A stretch of DNA of 64,000 bases. It comes from Angustibacter luteus. GTDB lineage: Bacteria; Actinomycetota; Actinomycetes; Actinomycetales; Angustibacteraceae. The translations under genes and the position numbers were made by a program. Below the pieces are notes generated by a model. It had not been told where the DNA came from. It did no database searches and saw nothing but the letters and a program-made list of their open reading frames with translations. The DNA lies in contig NZ_BAABFP010000002.1 of the NCBI RefSeq assembly GCF_039541115.1, positions 124,001-188,000 on the forward strand, read 5' to 3'. Below are positions 1 through 11,368 of this stretch, piece by piece. Numbering within the stretch: the stretch's first letter is position 1; each line of letters starts with the position of its first letter.

Positions 1-1368
1 CTTGCCGAGGTCGTGCAGCAGGCCGGCCACCAGCAGCAGGTCCGGCCGGTCGACGTCGCGCAGGGACCGCCCGCACTCGACGACCGTCTCGACCAGGTGC
101 CGGTCGACGGTGTGCCGGTGCACGGCGTTGCGCTGGGGTCGCGAGCGCACCCCGGCCCAGCCGGGCACCCACTGCTGCACCACACCTGCGAGGTCGAGCG
201 CCTCCCACACCTGGACCAGCGCGGGTCCCGACCCGAGCAGCTCGAGGAACGCCTCGCGGGCCGGTGCGGGCCACGGCTCGGGCAGGGGCGCGGCGTCGGC
301 CGCCAGGTGGGTCACGGTGACCGGCGAGAGCGGCAGCGCGTGCTGGGCCGCGGTGGCGGCGGCGCGCAGCGCGAGCACCGGGTCCTGGCTCGGGCGGACG
401 CCGGCGCCGAGCACCAGCTCGCCGTCGTGCTCGACGAGCCCGTGGCCGAGAGGGCGCAGCTGGGGACGGCGCGGGCCGCGGCGCAGCCGCCGGGTCGGCA
501 CGGCCTGCCGGGCCCGGCGCACGGTGATGTCCACGGCGTACGAGATGGTCCGGGCGGCGCCCGAGACGCGGGTCAGCAGGTCGTCCGCGTCGTCCGCGCC
601 GACGAGCCCGGCGACGGTGTCCTGCTCGGCGAGCACGAGCGTGTCGGTGGCCCGTCCGGTCACCACCTGAAGAGCGTCCCGGACGTCGAGCAGCACCCGC
701 TGGGCGTCGTCCACCGGCGCGTGCGGCCGGTCGGCCAGCCAGGACGCCGAGAGCGCGCGGAGAAGGGTGACGTCACGCAACCCGCCGCGGCTCTCCTTCA
801 GATCGGGTTCGAGCAGGAACATGGCCTCGCCGAACCGCTCGGCCCGCTCCTCGAGGGCCCGCAGCAGCTCGGGCAGCCGGCGTCGAGCGGCACCCCGCCA
901 GTCGTCCAGCAGCCGGCTGCGGGTGGCCGCGACGAGCTCCGGGTCACCGGCCACGACCCGGAGGTCGAGCAGTCCCACCCCGGCGGCCAGGTCGTGTCCA
1001 CCCACGTCCCGGCACTGGGCCGGCGTCCGGACGGAGTGGTCGAGCTTCACCCCGGCGTCCCACACCGGGTACCAGATGCGCTCGGCGAGCTCGGCCACCT
1101 CACCCATGGACAGCGTGTGCCCGTCGTGCAGCAGCACCAGGTCGAGGTCGGACGCCGGCCCGGCCTCGCCGCGGGCCAGCGACCCCACCGCGGTGAGGGC
1201 GACTCCCGCCTCCGCGGCCGGGCTGCCCTCGGTCGCGCTGGCCCACAGGTCGCAGAGCCACCCGTCCACCAGCTCGGTGAGCGCCTGCCGGCGACCCGCC
1301 CCGTCGTGGCTGTGCCACGACGGGGAACGGGCCGCCGACGTCAGACGCTCGGCGCGCAGGTCACGCAC
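1..1368 (-). CDS. glnD: [protein-PII] uridylyl/adenylyltransferase, N-terminal part (runs off the window edge)
   Basis: Not in the ORF track. Manual translation from GTG at 1368 (RBS AGGGGGGA) gives MRDLRAERL...[27 protein letters not shown], a nucleotidyltransferase motif. Follows amtB-glnK. Confidence 0.93.
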   Translation of the reverse strand, partial: MRDLRAERLTSAARSPSWHSHDGAGRRQALTELVDGWLCDLWASATEGSPAAEAGVALTAVGSLARGEAGPASDLDLVLLHDGHTLSMGEVAELAERIWYPVWDAGVKLDHSVRTPAQCRDVGGHDLAAGVGLLDLRVVAGDPELVAATRSRLLDDWRGAARRRLPELLRALEERAERFGEAMFLLEPDLKESRGGLRDVTLLRALSASWLADRPHAPVDDAQRVLLDVRDALQVVTGRATDTLVLAEQDTVAGLVGADDADDLLTRVSGAARTISYAVDITVRRARQAVPTRRLRRGPRRPQLRPLGHGLVEHDGELVLGAGVRPSQDPVLALRAAATAAQHALPLSPVTVTHLAADAAPLPEPWPAPAREAFLELLGSGPALVQVWEALDLAGVVQQWVPGWAGVRSRPQRNAVHRHTVDRHLVETVVECGRSLRDVDRPDLLLVAGLLHDLGK

Positions 1369-1396
1369 CAGTCCCCCCCTCGGCACGGCACGAACC

Positions 1397-3093
<1,697 letters not shown>

Positions 3094-3192
3094 GGGACCT
3101 CCGTGCAGATCGGGCCGGCAGCAGCTTGCCGGTCGAGGTGGCGTCGGTGGCACGACGGGCGCGCCTGACCTGCGTCAGCCTGCTGAAGCCCT

Positions 3193-3282
3193 GTTTCGCC
3201 CACACCTGCGCTGCGTTACGGGGATGTGACGAAGTCCCCCTTCGTGTGAATCCCCTGTTGCGCGCGGTGACGTGCGTGTGAC
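3193..3282 (-). promoter_or_regulatory. Putative GlnR-binding boxes upstream of amtB-glnK-glnD
   Basis: Minus strand GTCAC-n6-GTAAC-n6-CAGGT-n6-GAAAC (3230-3193), plus GTCAC-n6-GTCAC (3282-3267). Matches the gTnAc-n6-GaAAc GlnR-box pattern. Confidence 0.7.
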
Positions 3283-3285
3283 GGC

Positions 3286-4476
3286 TCAGGCGAGCAGCGC
3301 GTCGACGAACTCCTCGGCGTCGAAGGGTGCCAGGTCGTCCGGCCCCTCACCCAGCCCGACCAGCTTCACCGGCACGCCCAGCTCGCGCTGCACGGCGACG
3401 ACGATGCCGCCCTTGGCGGTGCCGTCCAGCTTGGTCAGCACGATCCCGGTGATGTTCACGACCTCGCTGAACACCTTGGCCTGGCGCATCCCGTTCTGGC
3501 CGGTGGTGGCGTCCAGCACCAGCAGCACCTCGTCGACCGGGGAGCGCTTCTCGATGACGCGCTTGACCTTGCCGAGCTCGTCCATCAGGCCGGCCTTGTT
3601 CTGCAGCCGTCCCGCGGTGTCGATCAGGACGACGTCCGCCTCGGCCTCGATACCCGCGTTGACGGCGTCGAACGCCACCGCGGCGGGGTCCGCGCCGTCC
3701 CGGTCCGAGCGGATGGTCGGCACCCCGACCCGCGCCCCCCAGGTCTCCAGCTGGTCCGCCGCGGCGGCGCGGAACGTGTCGGCCGCGCCGAGGACGACGT
3801 CCTTGTCCTGTGCGACGAGCACGCGGGCGAGCTTGCCGACCGTGGTGGTCTTGCCGGTGCCGTTGACCCCGACGACCAGGACGACGGCCGGCCGGCCGAG
3901 ACCGCCGCCGACGGCGAGCTCACGGTCCATCGTCGGGTCGACCAGGGCGACCAGCTCGGTGCGCAGGGCCGCGCGCAGTCCGGCGGGGTCGGCGACGCCG
4001 TCCACCTTGACGTGGGTGCGCAGCCGCGCGACCAGCTCGGTGGTCGGTCCGACGCCGAGGTCGGCGGCCAGCAGGGTCTCCTCGACCTCGTCCCAGGTCT
4101 GCTCGTCGATCGTGTCGCGGGACAGCAGCGCGAGCAGGCCGTGACCGAGGGCCGTGTTGGACCGGGCCAGGCGAGCGCGCAACCGGTGCAGGCGGCCGCG
4201 GGGCTCGTCCGGGTGCTCGATGGGCGGCAGCGCCTCGAGCTCGTCGCCCAGCTCCGGCTCCCGGTCCAGGACGTCGACGTCCTGCACGCTGCGCTTCGGC
4301 GCGTCCCGCGGCGGGGTGGCGTCGTCACCGACGCCGGGCGCGTAGTCCGTGCCGGGCCGGGGCGCGGACGGTGCCTGCGGGGCCTTGCCGCCGCGGCCGC
4401 GCAGCAGGGCGAGGCCGGCCCCGGCGAGAACGGCGATCGCAACGGCCAGGACGATGATGAGGGTCAACGGGTCCAC
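3286..4476 (-). CDS. ftsY: Signal recognition particle receptor FtsY
   Basis: GVNGTGKTTT, DTFRAAA, DTAGRL, TKLDGTAKGG; N-terminal TM segment. Confidence 0.97.
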   Translation of the reverse strand: MDPLTLIIVLAVAIAVLAGAGLALLRGRGGKAPQAPSAPRPGTDYAPGVGDDATPPRDAPKRSVQDVDVLDREPELGDELEALPPIEHPDEPRGRLHRLRARLARSNTALGHGLLALLSRDTIDEQTWDEVEETLLAADLGVGPTTELVARLRTHVKVDGVADPAGLRAALRTELVALVDPTMDRELAVGGGLGRPAVVLVVGVNGTGKTTTVGKLARVLVAQDKDVVLGAADTFRAAAADQLETWGARVGVPTIRSDRDGADPAAVAFDAVNAGIEAEADVVLIDTAGRLQNKAGLMDELGKVKRVIEKRSPVDEVLLVLDATTGQNGMRQAKVFSEVVNITGIVLTKLDGTAKGGIVVAVQRELGVPVKLVGLGEGPDDLAPFDAEEFVDALLA

Positions 4477-4578
4477 GAGGAGCGATCCTCGCAGACGCCC
4501 CCGTCAGCTCGCCGCTCGCGTCCGAACGGATGGCACCTGTAGCCGCGAACGGTTCGGACGCAGGGGGGTGAGGGCGCG

Positions 4579-4938
4579 TCAGGAGGCGCGGTGCTGCGCG
4601 GCGACGTCCGGCTGCTGGTCGAGCTGCTCGCGCAGGTCGATCGCCGGCGGGGCAGCGGCGGGGACGGCGGTGTGGACGGCGGTGTGGACGGCGGTGTGGA
4701 CCGCGGCGGGTTGGTCCTCCGTGCGGCTGGGCACCGGCAGCCGGTCGGCCAGGTCACCGACCTTGTCGCGAGCCACGCCCACGGCGTCCACCGTCTTGTC
4801 GAAGGCTGCCTGGACGAGCTGCTCGCCCTCGCGGGACAGCACCTCGCGGCCCTCGCGGCGGGCCGGGATCGCGACGAGCGCGACCACGACGGCCGAGATG
4901 AGCAGCGCGACGAGCATGCCGACGATCACCACAGTCAT
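4579..4938 (-). CDS. Hypothetical single-TM membrane protein
   Basis: ATG at 4938, hydrophobic N-terminus MTVVIVGMLVALLISAVVVALVAIP, co-oriented between smc and ftsY. Confidence 0.65.
   Translation of the reverse strand: MTVVIVGMLVALLISAVVVALVAIPARREGREVLSREGEQLVQAAFDKTVDAVGVARDKVGDLADRLPVPSRTEDQPAAVHTAVHTAVHTAVPAAAPPAIDLREQLDQQPDVAAQHRAS
4662..4701. repeat. 12-bp tandem repeat x3.3 (encodes AVHT repeats)
   Basis: GGACGGCGGTGT at 4662, 4674 and 4686. Confidence 0.85.
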
Positions 4939-5024
4939 GCCTCTACCGTGCCGCACACGGGCGGATCGGCCAAATCGCCACGCGCTGGGGGGCACGCGAC
5001 ATCGGTCACACTGAGTGAGCCGAA

Positions 5025-8000
5025 TCAGGCGCTGCTGGCCTCGCGCAGGCGTTGGCTCACCACAGTGGTCACACCGTCACCACGCATCGTGACGCCGTAC
5101 AGCGCGTCGGCGACCTCCATCGTCCGCTTCTGATGGGTGATCACGATCAGCTGGCTGGACTCGCGCAGCTCCTCCATGATCACGATCAGCCGGCCCAGGT
5201 TGGTGTCGTCGAGGGCGGCCTCCACCTCGTCCATCACGTAGAACGGGCTCGGTCGAGCCTTGAAGATCGCGACGAGCAGCGCCACCGCCGTCAGCGAGCG
5301 CTCCCCACCGGACAGCAGCGAGAGCCGCTTGACCTTCTTGCCCGGCGGGCGCGCCTCGACCTCGATCCCGGTGGTGAGCATGTCGTCGGGGTCGGTCAGC
5401 ACCAGCCGGCCCTCACCACCGGGAAAGAGCCGGGCGAAGACGCGTTCGAACTGCGCCGCGGTGTCGTGGTAGGCCGCCGTGAAGACCTGCTCGACCCGCT
5501 GGTCGACCTCCTTGACGATGTCCATCAGGTCGGTGCGGCTGCGACCGAGGTCGGCGAGCTGCTCGGTGAGGAACTTGTGCCGCTCCTCCAGGGCCGAGTA
5601 CTCCTCCAGCGCCAGCGGGTTCACCCGGCCGAGCAGGGCCAGCGCGCGCTCGGCCTTGCGCAGCCGCTTCTCCTGCTGCTCGCGCACGTAGGGGGCCGGC
5701 TCCGGCGCCGTCTCGGGCTCCGGGTCACCGGGGACCGGGACGGACGGCGGCACCAGCTGGTGCGGCCCGTACTCCTCGACCAGCACGTCGGGGTCGATGC
5801 CGAGCTCCTCGACGGCCTTGGCCTGCAGCGTCTCGATGCGCAGCCGCTGCTGCGTGCGCGCGACCTCGTCCTTGTGCACCGAGTCCGTCAGCTCGCGCAG
5901 CTCGTCCTCGCGCTGGCGCAGCTGCCCGCGCACGTCGGCCAGCTCCGCCTCGCGGTGCGAGCGCGCGGTCTGCGCGGCGTCGCGCTCCCGCGTCGCCACG
6001 TCCAGCGAACGGCTGAGCAGGTCGTGGGTGTACGTCGCGGCCACCTGGACGGCGTGCGCGACCTCCGCCTCGCGCTGGCGACGGGCCAGCCGCTGCGCGG
6101 CGCGCTCGCGAGCCTGGTGCTCCTCGCGGACCGCCTGCTCCAGCGCCTCGGCCCGCGCGGTCACCGCCCGGCCCCGTTCCTCGGCGGTGCGCAGGGCGAG
6201 CCGGGCCTCGGTCTCCGCAGCGCGGGCAGCGCTGGACGCCGCGTCGAGGCGGTCCCGCTCAGCGCTGGACGGCTCGCCCTCCAGCTCGGGCTCCTGCTCG
6301 GCCGCGGCGAGCCGCTGCTCCAGCTCGGCCAGCGCCGCCCGGTCGGCGTCCAGCGCCTGCGCGGCGGTCTCCGCTGCGCGCCGGGACCGCTCGGCCTCCG
6401 CGTGCGCGGAGCGAACGGCGGCACCGAGCTGCCCCAGCCGCTCGGCCACGGCGGCGTGCTGGGCGTCGGAGTCGTGCAGCCGCTCCAGCGCTGCCTCCAC
6501 CCGGTCGAGCGCGTCCTGCGCGGACTGCTGGGCCGCGGCGAGGGCGAACCGGGCCTGCTCGGCGCGGCGGGTGGCCGACGCGGCGTTGTCACCGGCCTCG
6601 TCGGCGGCGGCCTGCACCTCGAGCAGGCTCGGCGCACTGGCCGACCCACCCCGCACGAGTCCGGGAGCGAGCACGTCGCCGTCCGCGGTCACCGCGGTGC
6701 AGTCCGGCAGCGCCCGGACCAGCGCGGTCGCCGCGTCGAGGTCGGGCACGACCGCGACCCGGCGCAGCAGCTGCTCCAGCGACGCGCGGACCGACTCGGG
6801 GGCCTGGACGAGCTCGCGGGCCCAGCGGGCACCGCCCGGCAGCGCGGGCCAGCGGCTCGGGTCGTCGGCCGGCGGCACGGCGCCGCTCGGGTGCCCGGCA
6901 CCGACCACGAGGCCGGCCTGCCCGGCGTCCTTGCTGCGCAGCATCCGCAGGGCGGAGACGGCAGTGTCCAACGAGTCCACGGCCACCGCATCCGCGGCGG
7001 CACCGAGCGCGGCGGCCACGGCCTGCTCGTGGCCCGCCTCGACGGTCAGCAGCGTGGCGACCGAGCCCAGCACCCCGGACAGCTGGTCGCTGGCGGCCAG
7101 CAGCTCGCCGCCGCCGTCCTTGCGGGCCAGACCGAGCTCGAGCGCCTCGCGGCGGGCCGTCCAGGTGGCGCGCTCGCGCTCGGCGACCCGCTCGGCGTCG
7201 CGCAGCCGCTCGACCTCGGCCTCGGCGCGCTCGAGCGTCGCGCTGGCCTGCTCGTGCTCGGCGTCCAGTCCCTGCTCGCCACGCTCCACGCCAGCGACCT
7301 GACCCTCGAGCGCGGTGAACTCGCGCTCTGCGTCCGCCCCTCGGGCCTGCGCCTCGGCGGTGGCCTCGGAGAGCCGCCCGACCTCAGCCTGCGCGGCCTC
7401 GATCCGGCTGCGCCGGGCGGCTACCTGGCCGGACAGCCGGGCCAGGCCCTCGCGACGGTCGGCCGCAGCGCGCTGGCGCACCGCCAGCTCCTTCTGTGCC
7501 TGGGCGAGCGCCTGCTCGAGCCCCGCCCGCTCCTCGACCGCCGCGGTGAGCACCTCGCGGTGGCCGGCGATCTCGTCGCCCAGCGCCCGCTCCTGCTCAC
7601 GCAGCTCGCCCGCCTGGGCGGCCAGCTGCTCGGGATCGCGTCCGCTGGGCTGGCCGGCGTCGGTGTCGCTGGCCAGCAGCCGCAGCCGCTCACGGGCCAC
7701 GCCCTCGGTGGAGCGCAGCCGCTCGCGCAGGCTGGACAGCCGGTACCAGGTCTCCTGCGCACGGGCCAGGGTCGGCGCCTCGGCCTGGCTGACCTGCTCG
7801 AGGTGGGACACCCGCTCGCGGGCCTGGCCCAGCACATGCTCGACCTCGGCCCGGCGGGCCCGCAACGCGGTCTCGTCGGCCACCTCGGCCTCGAGCGTGC
7901 CGGTCAGCTGCACCAGGTCGTCGGCGAGCAGCCGCAGCCGCGCGTCGCGCAGGTCGGTCTGCACCACGACCGCCTTGCGGGCCACCTCGGCCTGGCGGCC

Positions 8001-8615
8001 CAGCGGCCCGAGCTGGCGCCGGATCTCCGACGTCAGGTCGCTGACCCGGGTCAGGTTCGCCTGCATCGCCTCGAGCTTGCGAAGCGCCTTCTCCTTGCGC
8101 TTGCGGTGCTTCAGGACGCCGGCGGCCTCCTCGATGAACCCGCGTCGCTCCTCGGGCGTGGCGCGCAGCACGGCGTCCAGCTGGCCCTGCCCGACGATGA
8201 CGTGCATCTCGCGGCCGATGCCCGAGTCCGACAGCAGCTCCTGGACGTCCAGCAGCCGGCACGCCGTGCCGTTGATCGTGTACTCGGAGCCGCCGCCGCG
8301 GAACATCGTCCGCGAGATGGTCACCTCGGAGTACTCGATCGGCAGGGCACCGTCGGTGTTGTCGATGGTCAGGCTGACCTCGGCCCGGCCCAGCGGCGGA
8401 CGCCCCGAGGTGCCGGCGAAGATGACGTCCTCCATCTTGCCGCCGCGCAGGCTCTTGGCCCCCTGCTCGCCCATCACCCAGGACAGGGCGTCGACGACGT
8501 TCGACTTGCCGGAGCCGTTCGGGCCCACGACGCAGGTGATCCCCGGTTCGAGGTTCAGCGTCGTGGCGGACGCGAAGGACTTGAATCCCCGCAGGGTGAG
8601 GCTCTTGAGATACAC
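5025..8615 (-). CDS. smc: Chromosome segregation protein SMC
   Basis: GPNGSGKSN Walker A, long coiled coils with hinge, LSGGERS signature, MDEVEAALD. Confidence 0.98.
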   Translation of the reverse strand: MYLKSLTLRGFKSFASATTLNLEPGITCVVGPNGSGKSNVVDALSWVMGEQGAKSLRGGKMEDVIFAGTSGRPPLGRAEVSLTIDNTDGALPIEYSEVTISRTMFRGGGSEYTINGTACRLLDVQELLSDSGIGREMHVIVGQGQLDAVLRATPEERRGFIEEAAGVLKHRKRKEKALRKLEAMQANLTRVSDLTSEIRRQLGPLGRQAEVARKAVVVQTDLRDARLRLLADDLVQLTGTLEAEVADETALRARRAEVEHVLGQARERVSHLEQVSQAEAPTLARAQETWYRLSSLRERLRSTEGVARERLRLLASDTDAGQPSGRDPEQLAAQAGELREQERALGDEIAGHREVLTAAVEERAGLEQALAQAQKELAVRQRAAADRREGLARLSGQVAARRSRIEAAQAEVGRLSEATAEAQARGADAEREFTALEGQVAGVERGEQGLDAEHEQASATLERAEAEVERLRDAERVAERERATWTARREALELGLARKDGGGELLAASDQLSGVLGSVATLLTVEAGHEQAVAAALGAAADAVAVDSLDTAVSALRMLRSKDAGQAGLVVGAGHPSGAVPPADDPSRWPALPGGARWARELVQAPESVRASLEQLLRRVAVVPDLDAATALVRALPDCTAVTADGDVLAPGLVRGGSASAPSLLEVQAAADEAGDNAASATRRAEQARFALAAAQQSAQDALDRVEAALERLHDSDAQHAAVAERLGQLGAAVRSAHAEAERSRRAAETAAQALDADRAALAELEQRLAAAEQEPELEGEPSSAERDRLDAASSAARAAETEARLALRTAEERGRAVTARAEALEQAVREEHQARERAAQRLARRQREAEVAHAVQVAATYTHDLLSRSLDVATRERDAAQTARSHREAELADVRGQLRQREDELRELTDSVHKDEVARTQQRLRIETLQAKAVEELGIDPDVLVEEYGPHQLVPPSVPVPGDPEPETAPEPAPYVREQQEKRLRKAERALALLGRVNPLALEEYSALEERHKFLTEQLADLGRSRTDLMDIVKEVDQRVEQVFTAAYHDTAAQFERVFARLFPGGEGRLVLTDPDDMLTTGIEVEARPPGKKVKRLSLLSGGERSLTAVALLVAIFKARPSPFYVMDEVEAALDDTNLGRLIVIMEELRESSQLIVITHQKRTMEVADALYGVTMRGDGVTTVVSQRLREASSA

Positions 8616-8693
8616 CGGGCGCTCGCTCCTGGCCGACTGTGGTGCTGGATCTGGGTCGTGCGGTACGGGGAAGTGCCCGTCAGCCTAACCCCC

Positions 8694-8987
8694 TCACCGC
8701 TCCACGAACCCGATCGTCCCGGGGCGCGCCGCGGACCACTGGTCGGTGACCCCGGTGACCTCACCCGGACGGCGCAGGGAAGACGGCTGCTCACCGAGCA
8801 GCGCCAGCAGCCGCTCGCAGGCCGGGCGCGGTCCCTCGGCGACCACCTGGACCCGACCGTCCGGCAGGTTGCTGGCGAAGCCGACCAGGCCCAGCTCGAG
8901 CGCCCGGGCCCGGGTCCACCAGCGGAACCCCACGCCCTGCACGCTGCCTCGCACGAAGGCACTGAGCCGGACGTCGTCGGAGGGCAT
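8694..8987 (-). CDS. acyP: Acylphosphatase
   Basis: [13 protein letters not shown] and [13 protein letters not shown] motifs. Start set at ATG 8987, with TACCGT 6 nt upstream. Confidence 0.92.
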   Translation of the reverse strand: MPSDDVRLSAFVRGSVQGVGFRWWTRARALELGLVGFASNLPDGRVQVVAEGPRPACERLLALLGEQPSSLRRPGEVTGVTDQWSAARPGTIGFVER

Positions 8988-9045
8988 CGCGCCACGGTAG
9001 CGCCGCGCCGCGCCGACCTCGCCGGCCGCTGCGACGATGGCCAGG

Positions 9046-9246
9046 ATGAGCCCGACACCGCACCCAGGACCGCTCGCGCAGGAGCCCTGCCAGAGCCGCT
9101 GCCACTGGCTGCCCGTCGAGCAGACGACCCGGCTCCCCCGGCTGGCCTGCACCGGCTGCGGGTCCCAGTGGGACCGCTCGCAGGCCTGGACCCCGCGCGA
9201 CCTCGACGGGTCGATCCCGCCCGGCGTCCAGGACCTGCGCGGCTGA
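9046..9246 (+). CDS. Small Cys-rich hypothetical protein (possible Zn-binding)
   Basis: 66 aa with CQSRCH...CTGCGSQW...WTP. Fills the gap between acyP and the DUF4331 operon. Confidence 0.6.
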   Translation: MSPTPHPGPLAQEPCQSRCHWLPVEQTTRLPRLACTGCGSQWDRSQAWTPRDLDGSIPPGVQDLRG

Positions 9247-9255
9247 CCGGCGGGC

Positions 9256-9573
9256 TCAGACCGTCCAGTGCGCGTGCGTGATGACGCCGTCGGCGACGTC
9301 CACCTCCTGGTGCGCGACGCCGTCCTCGTCCCAGAGCACGTACCGACCGGGGGCCAGGACGGGGTACACCGCGGCGTACACGGTGCGCCCGCCCATGTCG
9401 CGGGGCAGCACGGCGACGTGCCGACGGCGACCGCCCTCGGCCGGGGTGATGTCCAGCTCGGCGCCGTCCATCTCAGGGCCGGTCCACAGCAGCAGGGCAC
9501 CCACGCCGTGGCCGACCTCGACAGCCACCGGACCCTGCCCGGCGCCCGCGGTGTGCGAGTGCTCGCCGCTCAT
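9256..9573 (-). CDS. Small hypothetical beta-rich protein downstream of DUF4331
   Basis: 105 aa; ATGA overlap with the upstream stop codon; HSH, HVAV and HAHW motifs. Confidence 0.8.
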   Translation of the reverse strand: MSGEHSHTAGAGQGPVAVEVGHGVGALLLWTGPEMDGAELDITPAEGGRRRHVAVLPRDMGGRTVYAAVYPVLAPGRYVLWDEDGVAHQEVDVADGVITHAHWTV

Positions 9574-10937
9574 GACGCGGCCGCCGTGTGCGCGCTGTAG
9601 CCGTCGTGCGGCGTCGCCAGGTACGGGAACGAGGACTTGAAGGTCGGGGTCTCCAGCTGGTCGGTGACCAGCCCCGCGGCGTCGTCCGGCGTGAAGGCCG
9701 GATCGACCAGCGGGATCGTCAGGCCGGCCAGCGCGCGCAGCTCGATGGTGAACACGTCGTCGATCGGACGCCGTCCGTTCGGGAAGCCGGCCAGGTCGCC
9801 GCCCAGCACTCCCAGCGGCGACGGCTTGGCCGACGGACGGATGGCCACGTTGAGCCGCAGCAGGTCGGCCTGCCGGGTCCCCGTGAACGTCTGCAGCCCG
9901 TCGACCACGCCCGACGGCAGACCGGTGAGCAGGATCGCGGCCAGGTCGGCCCGCGGCTTGGTGTAGGCCGCCAGCCTCGGGAACACGTCCGGGTAGAGCA
10001 CCGGCAGCAGCGCAGAGACCTCCGGCTGCAGCACGCCCTGGGCGAAGTTGCGGTCGTGCTCGGGGTCGCTGCGGTTCCAGGCGTCCTTGCGCACCATCGG
10101 CACCAGCACCTCGTTGAACAGCGGGTTGCCGAGCCGCGAGACCTGCTGCCAGGACCCGTGCGAGCGGTCGTGCGCGGGGTTGTCGTCCAGCAGGCGGGCG
10201 CGGCGCCGGCTCGCCGAGGTGTAGACCCCGATCACCGAGCGCGCGTCGTTCACCTCGCGCGGCGTGCTGCCGTCCCGGGTGAGCGACGAGATCGGCAGCC
10301 GGAGCGCGATGGTGTGCACGTTCAGCCCCGCCAGGGTGTTGACCGACTTGGCCGCCGGGGACCGGAACCGGTGCAGGTTCTGGAACGGGCGCAGCGCGAG
10401 GAGGTCGAACACCGAGCCGAGGTCGACGTAGAACCCGTCGGCGCGGGGACCGGCGAACACGGTGCCGCCGCCGGGCAGGCTGCGGATCGCCGCCCGGGAC
10501 AGGTCCCGGTATGCCGGCATGCTGCGTGGGCCCACGTTGGCCGGCGCCACCGGCACGTCCTTCGCCAGGACGGTGCGCCGGCCGTGCGCCTCACGGGTCA
10601 GCGTGTACGTCTGGTACCGGTTGAGGTTCGGGCTGTCCAGCGAGTCCACCGGTCCGGTGTTGTAGAGGAACGTGTTCCGGTTGCGCACGTGCGTCGTGAA
10701 CTCGAGCGCGAAGGTGAGGTCGGTGCGGGCGTCGCCGCCGTTGCTGACGTGGATCGCGTAGCGCACGTCGTCCCCGAACTCGAAGAAGTTGGGACCCCCG
10801 GCCGGGTCCTGCAACGGCACGTAGTTGGCCAGGATGGTGACCATCCGCGGCTGCTCCGGGTCGACGAACGCGTACAGGTCGCTCGAGTCGGCGACCGGGT
10901 CCTTGCTGATCTCGGGCGCTTCGCGGTGCGAGGACAT
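9570..10937 (-). CDS. DUF4331-family protein without a signal peptide
   Basis: MSSHREAP start, DxSDLYAF, FAGPRADGFYVDLG, QVSRLGNPLFNE, GFPNGRRPIDDV, FPYLATPH. Confidence 0.88.
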   Translation of the reverse strand: MSSHREAPEISKDPVADSSDLYAFVDPEQPRMVTILANYVPLQDPAGGPNFFEFGDDVRYAIHVSNGGDARTDLTFALEFTTHVRNRNTFLYNTGPVDSLDSPNLNRYQTYTLTREAHGRRTVLAKDVPVAPANVGPRSMPAYRDLSRAAIRSLPGGGTVFAGPRADGFYVDLGSVFDLLALRPFQNLHRFRSPAAKSVNTLAGLNVHTIALRLPISSLTRDGSTPREVNDARSVIGVYTSASRRRARLLDDNPAHDRSHGSWQQVSRLGNPLFNEVLVPMVRKDAWNRSDPEHDRNFAQGVLQPEVSALLPVLYPDVFPRLAAYTKPRADLAAILLTGLPSGVVDGLQTFTGTRQADLLRLNVAIRPSAKPSPLGVLGGDLAGFPNGRRPIDDVFTIELRALAGLTIPLVDPAFTPDDAAGLVTDQLETPTFKSSFPYLATPHDGYSAHTAAAS

Positions 10938-11212
10938 CAGCGCACCTGACCCGTCAGTCGGCGAGCCAGGTCGTGGTCGGTGAGCACGACCTCGTCGTCA
11001 CCGCGCATGACGGTGACCTGGCCGGAGTCGGCGTCGGAGACGTAGGCGACGACCGGTCCGGGCGTCGACGAGCCGGGCGGTCGCGTGGAGCTCGGGTCCG
11101 CGTCGGGGCCGGCGACGGCGGTCGCCGGTGCTGCGCCGGCGGCGGCCGCGGTGCCGACCGCGGCGGCGGCGCCGGTGCCGATGAGAAACGTCCTGCGGGT
11201 GTGCTCGTTCAT
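10937..11212 (-). CDS. Small protein with a twin-arginine (Tat) signal peptide
   Basis: TRRTFL followed by an Ala-rich h-region and AVA cleavage-like site. TGATG overlap with the DUF4331 start. Confidence 0.8.
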   Translation of the reverse strand: MNEHTRRTFLIGTGAAAAVGTAAAAGAAPATAVAGPDADPSSTRPPGSSTPGPVVAYVSDADSGQVTVMRGDDEVVLTDHDLARRLTGQVR

Positions 11213-11368
11213 GGTGCTTCCCCGGTCTGCTCTGCAGTGACGGCGTCGGACGGCGCCGCATCACCCGTTCGGAGCAGTCGGCCGTGCGGATGGGTCCGGA
11301 TCTGGTCGCGTGCGTCCGGGTGCTGGACCCGGTTCCCGCGCCGGTCGAGGACGCCTAGGCTCACCAGG

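Noticed and set aside
5052..9281. 1409-aa plus-strand ORF, and similar long ORFs at 13-1503, 9588-10949, 45416-47539, 54751-58980 and 60411-62831
   Set aside because: Antisense shadows of real genes (smc, glnD, DUF4331, ALDH, S8, ilvB), expected in high-GC DNA; no recognisable motifs.
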